A stretch of 64,000 nt of DNA, from the NCBI RefSeq assembly GCF_032444005.1, contig NC_091288.1:204290001-204354000 (forward strand), given 5' to 3'. The notes under the pieces were generated by a model. The model saw only the letters and a program-made list of their open reading frames with translations. It did not search any database and had not been told where the DNA came from. This DNA comes from Ranitomeya imitator. Taxonomy: Eukaryota. A program made the translations under genes and the position numbers. Positions 52,701 to 61,700 of this stretch are shown piece after piece; positions within the stretch are counted from its first letter, which is position 1; every line of letters starts with the position of its first letter.

Positions 52701-55700
52701 AGCAGAGCTGAACGTGTCAGATGTAGCAGAGCTGAACGTGTCAGATGTAGCAGAGCTGAACGTGTCAGATGTGAACGTGTCAGATGTAGCAGAGCTGAAC
52801 GTGTCAGATGTAGCGGAGCTGAACGTGTCAGATGTAGCGGAGCTGAACGTGTCAGATGTAGCAGAGCTGAACGTGTCAGATGTAGCAGAGCTGAACGTGT
52901 CAGATGTAGCAGAGCTGAACGTGTCAGATGTAGCAGAGCTGAACGTGTCAGATGTAGCAGAGCTGAACGTGTCAGATGTAGCAGAGCTGAACGTGTCAGA
53001 TGTAGCAGAGCTGAACGTGTCAGATGTAGCAGAGCTGAACACGTCAGATGTAGCAGAGCTGAACACGTCAGATGTAGCAGAGCTGAACACGTCAGATGTA
53101 GCAGAGCTGAACACGTCAGATGTAGCAGAGCTGAACACGTCAGATGTATCTCCCAGCTGTCCTGCTGTATTATCTAACCTTGCCTTAGTTATCGCAATAC
53201 ACAATAAAAGTAATTCACACTGAGCTCTGATAAATCTTAGGGTAAAGCCCCGAGAAGCAGCCGAGTCACGCTGTCGTGTGGTCGCAATATGGCCTAAACT
53301 CGCAGCGGCCGAGAGCATGAGATAAACATACAGTAACTTACCTAACATTCACCCACTTGTGATGTCACAGCAGTATGTCTGAGTGATACCCACTTGTGAT
53401 GTCACAGCAGTATGTCTGAGTGATACCCACTTGTGATGTCACAGCAGCACGTCTGAGTGATACCCACTTGTGATGTCACAGCAGCACGTCTGAGTGATAC
53501 CCACTTGTGATGTCACAGCAGTATGTCTGAGTGATACCCACTTGTGATGTCACAGCAGCACGTCTGAGTGATACCCACTTGTGATGTCACAGCTGTATGT
53601 CTGAGTGATACCCACTTGTGATGTCACAGCCGCATGTCTGAGTGATACCCACTTGTGATGTCACAGCAGCACCTCTGAGTGATACCCACTTGTGATGTCA
53701 CAGCAGCACGTCTGAGTGATACCCACTTGTGATGTCACAGCAGCACCTCTGAGTGATACCCACTTGTGATGTCACAGCAGTACGTCTGAGTGATACCCAC
53801 TTGTGATGTCACAGCAGTACGTCTGAGTGATACCCACTTGTGATGTCACAGCAGTACGTCTGAGTGATACCCACTTGTGATGTCACAGCTGTATGTCTGA
53901 GTGATACCCACTTGTGATGTCACAGCCGCATGTCTGAGTGATACCCACTTGTGATGTCACAGCAGCACCTCTGAGTGATACCCACTTGTGATGTCACAGC
54001 AGCACGTCTGAGTGATACCCACTTGTGATGTCACAGCAGTACGTCTGAGTGATACCCACTTGTGATGTCACAGCAGCACGTCTGAGTGATACCCACTTGT
54101 GATGTCACAGCCGCATGTCTGAGTGATACCCACTTGTGATGTCACAGCCGCATGTCTGAGTGATACCCACTTGTGATGTCACAACAGTACGTCTGAGTGA
54201 TACCCACCTGTGATGTCACAGCAGTATGTCTGAGTGATACCCACTTGTGATGTCACAGCAGCACGTCTGAGTGATACCCACCTGTGATGTCACAGCAGTA
54301 TGTCTGAGTGATACCCACTTGTGATGTCACAGCAGCACGTCTGAGTGATACCCACTTGTGATGTCACAGCAGCAAGTCTGAGTGATACCCACTTGTGATG
54401 TCACAGCAGTATGTCTGAGTGATACCCACTTGTGATGTCACAGCAGCATGTCTGAGTGATACCCACTTGTGATGTCACAGCAGCACCTCTGAGTGATACC
54501 CACTTGTGATGTCACAGCAGTATGTCTGAGTGATACCCACTTGTGATGTCACAGCCGCATGTCTGAATGATACCCACTTGTGATGTCACAGCAGTATGTC
54601 TGAGTGATACCCACTTGTGATGTCACAGCAGTACGTCTGAGTGATACCCACTTGTGATGTCACAGCCGCATGTCTGAGTGATACCCACTTGTGATGTCAC
54701 AGCAGCACGTCTGAGTGATACCCACTTGTGATGTCACAGCAGTATGTCTGAGTGATACCCACTTGTGATGTCACAGCAGCACGTCTGAGTGATACCCACC
54801 TGTGATGTCACAGCAGCACGTCTGAGTGATACCCACTTGTGATGTCACAGCAGTATGTCTGAGTGATACCCACTTGTGATGTCACAGCAGTATGTCTGAG
54901 TGATACCCACTTGTGATGTCACAGCAGCATGTCTGAGTGATACCCACTTGTGATGTCACAGCAGCACGTCTGAGTGATACCCACTTGTGATGTCACAGCA
55001 GCACGTCTGAGTGATACCCACCTGTGATGTCACAGCTGTATGTCTGAGTGATACCCACTTGTGATGTCACAGCCGCATGTCTGAGTGATACCCACTTGTG
55101 ATGTCACAGCCGCACGTCTGAGTGATACCCACTTGTGATGTCACAGCTGTATGTCTGAGTGATACCCACTTGTGATGTCACAGCAGCATGTCTGAGTGAT
55201 ACCCACTTGTGATGTCACAGCAGCACGTCTGAGTGATACCCACCTGTGATGTCACAGCTGTATGTCTGAGTGATACCCACTTGTGATGTCACAGCAGTAT
55301 GTCTGAGTGATACCCACTTGTGATGTCACAGCAGCACGTCTGAGTGATACCCACTTGTGATGTCACAGCAGCACGTCTGAGTGATACCCACTTGTGATGT
55401 CACAGCTGTATATCTGAGTGATACCCACTTGTGATGTCACAGCAGCACGTCTGAGTGATACCCACCTGTGATGTCACAGCAGTATGTCTGAGTGATACCC
55501 ACTTGTGATGTCACAGCAGTATGTCTGAGTGATACCCACTTGTGATGTCACAGCCGCACGTCTGAGTGATACCCACTTGTGATGTCACAGCAGTGTGTCT
55601 GAGTGATACCCACTTGTGATGTCACAGCAGTATGTCTGAGTGATACCCACTTGTGATGTCACAGCAGTACGTCTGAGTGATACCCACTTGTGATGTCACA

Positions 55701-58700
55701 GCAGCACGTCTGAGTGATACCCACTTGTGATGTCACAGCAGTATGTCTGAGTGATACCCACTTGTGATGTCACAGCAGTATGTGTGAGTGATACCCACTT
55801 GTGATGTCACAGCCGCATGTCTCAGTGATACCCACTTGTGATGTCACAGCAGTATGTCTGAGTGATACCCACTTGTGATGTCACAGCCGCATGTCTGAGT
55901 GATACCCACTTGTGATGTCACAGCCGCATGTCTGAGTGATACCCACTTGTGATGTCACAGCCGCACGTCTGAGTGATACCCACTTGTGATGTCACAGCAG
56001 TATGTCTGAGTGATACCCATTTGTGATGTCACAGCCGCACGTCTGAGTGATACCCACTTGTGATGTCACAGCAGTATGTCTGAGTGATACCCACTTGTGA
56101 TGTCACAGCAGTATGTCTGAGTGATACCCACTTGTGATGTCACAGCAGTACCTCTGAGTGATACCCACTTGTGATGTCACATCAGTACGTCTGAGTGATA
56201 CCCACTTGTGATGTCACAGCAGCACGTCTGAGTGATACCCACTTGTGATGTCACAGCAGTATGTCTGAGTGATACCCACTTGTGATGTCACAGCCGCATG
56301 TCTGAGTGATACCCACTTGTGATGTCACAGCCGCATGTCTGAGTGATACCCACTTGTGATGTCACAGCAGTATGTCTGAGTGATACCCACTTGTGATGTC
56401 ACAGCAGTATGTCTGAGTGATACCCACTTGTGATGTCACAGCCGCATGGCTGAGTGATACCCACTTGTGATGTCACAGCAGCATGTCTGAGTGATACCCA
56501 CTTGTGATGTCACAGCAGCACGTCTGAGTGATACCCACTTGTGATGTCACAGCAGTACGTCTGAGTGATACCCACTTGTGATGTCACAGCAGTATGTCTG
56601 AGTGATACCCACTTGTGATGTCACAGCCGCACGTCTGAGTGATACCCACTTGTGATGTCACAGCAGTATGTCTGAGTGATACCCACTTGTGATGTCACAG
56701 CAGCACGTCTGAGTGATACCCACTTGTGATGTCACAGCAGCATGTCTGAGTGATACCCACTTGTGATGTCACAGCAGCACGTCTGAGTGATACCCACTTG
56801 TGATGTCACTGCAGCACGTCTGAGTGATACCCACTTGTGATGTCACAGCAGCTCGTCTGAGTGATACCCACTTGTGATGTCACAGCCGCATGTCTGAGTG
56901 ATACCCACTTGTGATGTCACAGCCGCATGTCTGAGTGATACCCACTTGTGATGTCACAGCCGCACGTCTGAGTGATACCCACTTGTGATGTCACAGCAGC
57001 ACGTCTGAGTGATACCCACTTGTGATGTCACAGCCGCATGTCTCAGTGATACCCACTTGTGATGTCACAGCAGCTCGTCTGAGTGATACCCACTTGTGAT
57101 GTCACAGCAGTATGTCTGAGTGATACCCACTTGTGATGTCACAGCAGTGTGTCTGAGTGATACCCACTTGTGATGTCACAGCAGTACGTCTGAGTGATAC
57201 CCACTTGTGATGTCACAGCAGCACGTCTGAGTGATACCCACTTGTGATGTCACAGCAGTATGTGTGAGTGATACCCACTTGTGATGTCACAGCCGCATGT
57301 CTCAGTGATACCCACTTGTGATGTCACAGCAGCTCGTCTGAGTGATACCCACTTGTGATGTCACAGCAGCATGTCTGAGTGATACCCACTTGTGATGTCA
57401 CAGCCGCATGTCTGAGTGATACCCACTTGTGATGTCACAGCTGCATGTCTGAGTGATACCCACTTGTGATGTCACAGCAGTATGTCTGAGTGATACCCAC
57501 TTGTGATGTCACAGCAGCATGTCTGAGTGATACCCACTTGTGATGTCACAGCAGCATGTCTGAGTGATACCCACTTGTGATGTCACAGCAGCATGTCTGA
57601 GTGATACCCACTTGTGATGTTACAGCAGCACCTCTGAGTGATACCCACTTGTGATGTCACAGCAGTATGTCTGAGTGATACCCACTTGTGATGTCACAGC
57701 CGCATGTCTGAATGATACCCACTTGTGATGTCACAGCAGTATGTCTGAGTGATACCCACTTGTGATGTCACAGCAGCTCGTCTGAGTGATACCCACTTGT
57801 GATGTCACAGCCGCATGTCTGAGTGATACCCACTTGTGATGTCACAGCCGCATGTCTGAGTGATACCCACTTGTGATGTCACAGCCGCACGTCTGAGTGA
57901 TACCCACTTGTGATGTCACAGCAGTATGTCTGAGTGATACCCACTTGTGATGTCACAGCCGCACGTCTGAGTGATACCCACTTGTGATGTCACAGCAGTA
58001 TGTCTGAGTGATACCCACTTGTGATGTCACAGCAGTATGTCTGAGTGATACCCACTTGTGATGTCACAGCAGTGTGTCTGAGTGATACCCACTTGTGATG
58101 TCACAGCAGTACGTCTGAGTGATACCCACTTGTGATGTCACAGCAGTATGTCTGAGTGATACCCACTTGTGATGTCACAGCAGTATGTGTGAGTGATACC
58201 CACTTGTGATGTCACAGCAGCTCGTCTGAGTGATACCCACTTGTGATGTCACAGCAGCATGTCTGAGTGATACCCGCTTGTGATGTCACAGCCGCACGTC
58301 TGAGTGATACCCGCTTGTGATGTCACAGCAGCACGTCTGAGTGATACCCACTTGTGATGTCACAGCTGCATGTCTGAGTGATACCCACTTGTGATGTCAC
58401 AGCAGCACGTCTGAGTGATACCCACTTGTGATGTCACAGCAGCACGTCTGAGTGATACCCACTTGTGATGTCACAGCAGCACGTCTGAGTGATACCCACT
58501 TGTGATGTCACAGCTGCATGTCTGAGTGATACCCACTTGTGATGTCACAGCAGCACGTCTGAGTGATACCCACTTGTGATGTCACAGCAGCATGTCTGAG
58601 TGATGCCCACTTGTGATGTCACAGCAGCACGTCTGAGTGATACCCACTTGTGATGTCACAGCAGCACGTCTGAGTGATACCCACTTGTGATGTCACAGCA

Positions 58701-61700
58701 GCACGTCTGAGTGATACCCACTTGTGATGTCACAGCAGCACGTCTGAGTGATACCCACTTGTGATGTCACAGCAGCACGTCTGAGTGATACCCACTTGTG
58801 ATGTCACAGCAGCACGTCTGAGTGATACCCACTTGTGATGTCACAGCTGCATGTCTGAGTGATACCCACTTGTGATGTCACAGCAGCACGTCTGAGTGAT
58901 ACCCACTTGTGATGTCACAGCAGCATGGTGACCGTGGGTCTCTGCACAGTCCGTGCTGCACTTATCCTGCTTTTCTTTGCCGTGGTGCCATTCTCTGTAG
59001 ATCTTTCCAGACCATCCCCGGGAGCACTCACCACTTCGCTGCTTCCAAACAAAAGTGGGCTCCTCCGTGTCCCAGCAGGGATGACTCAACAATGCGATAA
59101 TATGGAGTCAGCCCCCCGGGACAAGGGATCACATAGAAACAGAGCTCCGCTTTTGTGCTGGGAGATTTCTGCAGACGGAGTGCAGACGCTGCTGACATCA
59201 TGGTGCCGGGCAGCAGCTGCGGGAGTGCCCGCATACACCGATGCCCCGCTGCCGCTCTTCTGGTTCCTGACATCATTCCCTTTTTCCCGCCACACTCTCA
59301 GGATTTTAGAGGGTTTTGCTTTAGGCCACAAATGCAAGTTTTCTAATATCTATCCATGAAGTTTACGTAAAATTTCTATTTGCACATGCTCAAAAGAAAG
59401 CATCTCACTTTACAGCCTGCAGTAAAAGTTATAGCCCCATTGTAATTAGCAGGTAGATATAGAGCAGAGTGAGAGGACAGGGGGCATCTTGGAAGGGTTG
59501 GGGACATCACAGAGTGAGGGGCGCAGTCATCTGTGGATTTGGTAATGATGCCACAATGAAGGGGCATGGTTATCTTCAGGAAGGGGGTGTGGTTATCTGA
59601 AGAATGCTGATGTCACGTAGGAGGCGGAGCTATCTGAAGTGAGCTGATGATGTCACTTAGGAGGAAGAGCTTCTGAAGTGGGCTGATGATGTCACTTAGG
59701 AGGCGTGGGGTTATCAGTGGAAACCTGGTGATGTCATTGGGTGAGGGGCGGTGATGTCATGGAGTGTAGAGCAGGGTTATCAGGGGGAGCTGGTGATGTC
59801 ATTGGGTGAGGGGCGGTGATGTCACGGAGTGTAGAGCAGGGTTATCAGGGGGAGCTGGTGATGTCATTGGGTGAGGGGCGGTGATGTCACGGAGTGTTGA
59901 GCAGGGTTATTGGGGGGAGCAGGTGATGTCATTGGGTGAGGGGCGGTGATGTCACGGAGTGTAGAGCAGGGTTATCAGGGGAGCTGGTGATGTCATTGGG
60001 TGAGGGGCGGTGATGTCACGGAGTGTTGAGCAGGGTTATTGGGGGGAGCAGGTGATGTCATTGGGTGAGGGGCGGTGATGTCACGGAGTGTTGAGCAGGG
60101 TTATCAGGGGGGAGCAGGTGATGTCATTGGGTGAGGGGCGGTGATGTCACGGAGTGTTGAGCAGAGTTATCGGGGAGCTGGTGATGTCATTGGGTGAGGG
60201 GCGGTGATGTCACGGAGTGTAGAGCAGGGTTATCAGGGGGAGCTGGTGATGTCATTGGGTGAGGGGCGGTGATGTCACTGAGTGTTGAGCAGGGTTATCA
60301 GGGGGAGCTGGTGATGTCATTGGGTGAGGGGCGGTAATGTCACAGAGTGTTGAGCAGGCTTATCAGGGGGAGCTGGTGATGTCATTGGGTGAGGGGCGGT
60401 GATGTCATGGAGTGTTGAGCAGGGTTATCAGGGGGAGCAGGTGATGTCATTGGGTGAGGGGCGGTGATGCCACGCAGTGTGGAGCAGGGTTATCAGGGGG
60501 AGCTGGTGATGTCATTGGGTGAGGGGCGGTGATGTCACGAAGTGTAGGGCAGGGTTATCAGGGGGGAGCTGGTGATGTCATTGGGTGAGGGGCAGTGATG
60601 TCACGGAGTGTAGAGCAGGGTTATCAGGGGGATCAGGTGATCTCATTGGGTGAGGGGCGGTGATGTCACACAGTGTTGAGCAGGGTTATCAGGGGGATCA
60701 GGTGATGTCATTGGGTGAGGGGCGGTGATGTCACGGAGTGTTGAGCAGGGTTATCAGGGGGGAGCTGGTGATGTCATTGGGTGAGGGGCAGTGATGTCAC
60801 TGCTAATCTCCATTTCTAGATACTTTTGACCATAAAGCGCCCCTCTTCTGCTGTGAAGTCAGACTGTGGGGGGTATTTAAGAACTGGCTGGAGGAATATG
60901 AAACAATGGAGTGAAAGACGTGAATTGTATAAATATTCCCCTGCTTTAGTCGACTGTGTCTGTCCAGGATTTCCCCATTATCTTTCCCACACTGACCTTG
61001 GGGTAAACCTGTGTTTTCGCGTCCCCCCTGCCTTTCGCAGTGGGTGTGAAGCATTTTCCTGCTGTTCTGTGTCCTTCTCATTACAGATTTCTCAGCTTGC
61101 ACTCTGCACATTCGCTCCCATCCCCCAGGGCTCGCTCTCCTTAATGGGCACAGAGAGCCTGAGGCTTTGCCACCAGCTCATCCGAATGTAAGAATCGTCT
61201 ATTTTAGGGTGTTTCCATAGGAGTCCGAGGGCTTCCCCCGCGGGTGTCGTCTGAGCTCCCTGCTGCCAGTGCGTCACTAGTTCTGACAAAGCCAGATAAA
61301 TGCTGGCAAACGGGTTGTCTGGCAGGACCCTGCTTTCATTTGCCTTCAAACAAATTCCCAAAGAGATTCCCCAGTGTTCTCATCCACATAATCCTGCCCC
61401 AAAGGATCAGCATCATAAATTATAGAGGTGGTCACCCAGCTTCTCTTGGGTGCTGCATGGCAAATGTGCCTCTAAACCTCTGCAGAACCAGGCGCATGGT
61501 CAGTACAGGAGTTTGGGAATGAGGGGGGTTCTACCAATGTCTGCCGTTCTTCATCATCCTGCTACCTCACAACTGGCTAGATAGAAGTTTTTCCGCCCAA
61601 CAGAAGGAGACAAATTAATAATTAAGTGTCCTCTACACGTAGCCAACCTGTATGTTCCTATCCATTGTCAGTGCATGGTATTGATGTACCTGTAGATAGC

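Noticed and set aside
50634-53223. Plus-strand (SDVAELNV)n ORFs as repeat-protein exons of DNAAF8
   Set aside because: There are no convincing acceptors, and exons 48850 and 62261 join directly in frame within an NDK module.
53351-58926. CRISPR-like array (constant repeat plus variable segment)
   Set aside because: The variable part is only about 7 nt and is drawn from about 10 recurring variants rather than unique spacers. There are no cas genes and the context is a vertebrate intron.
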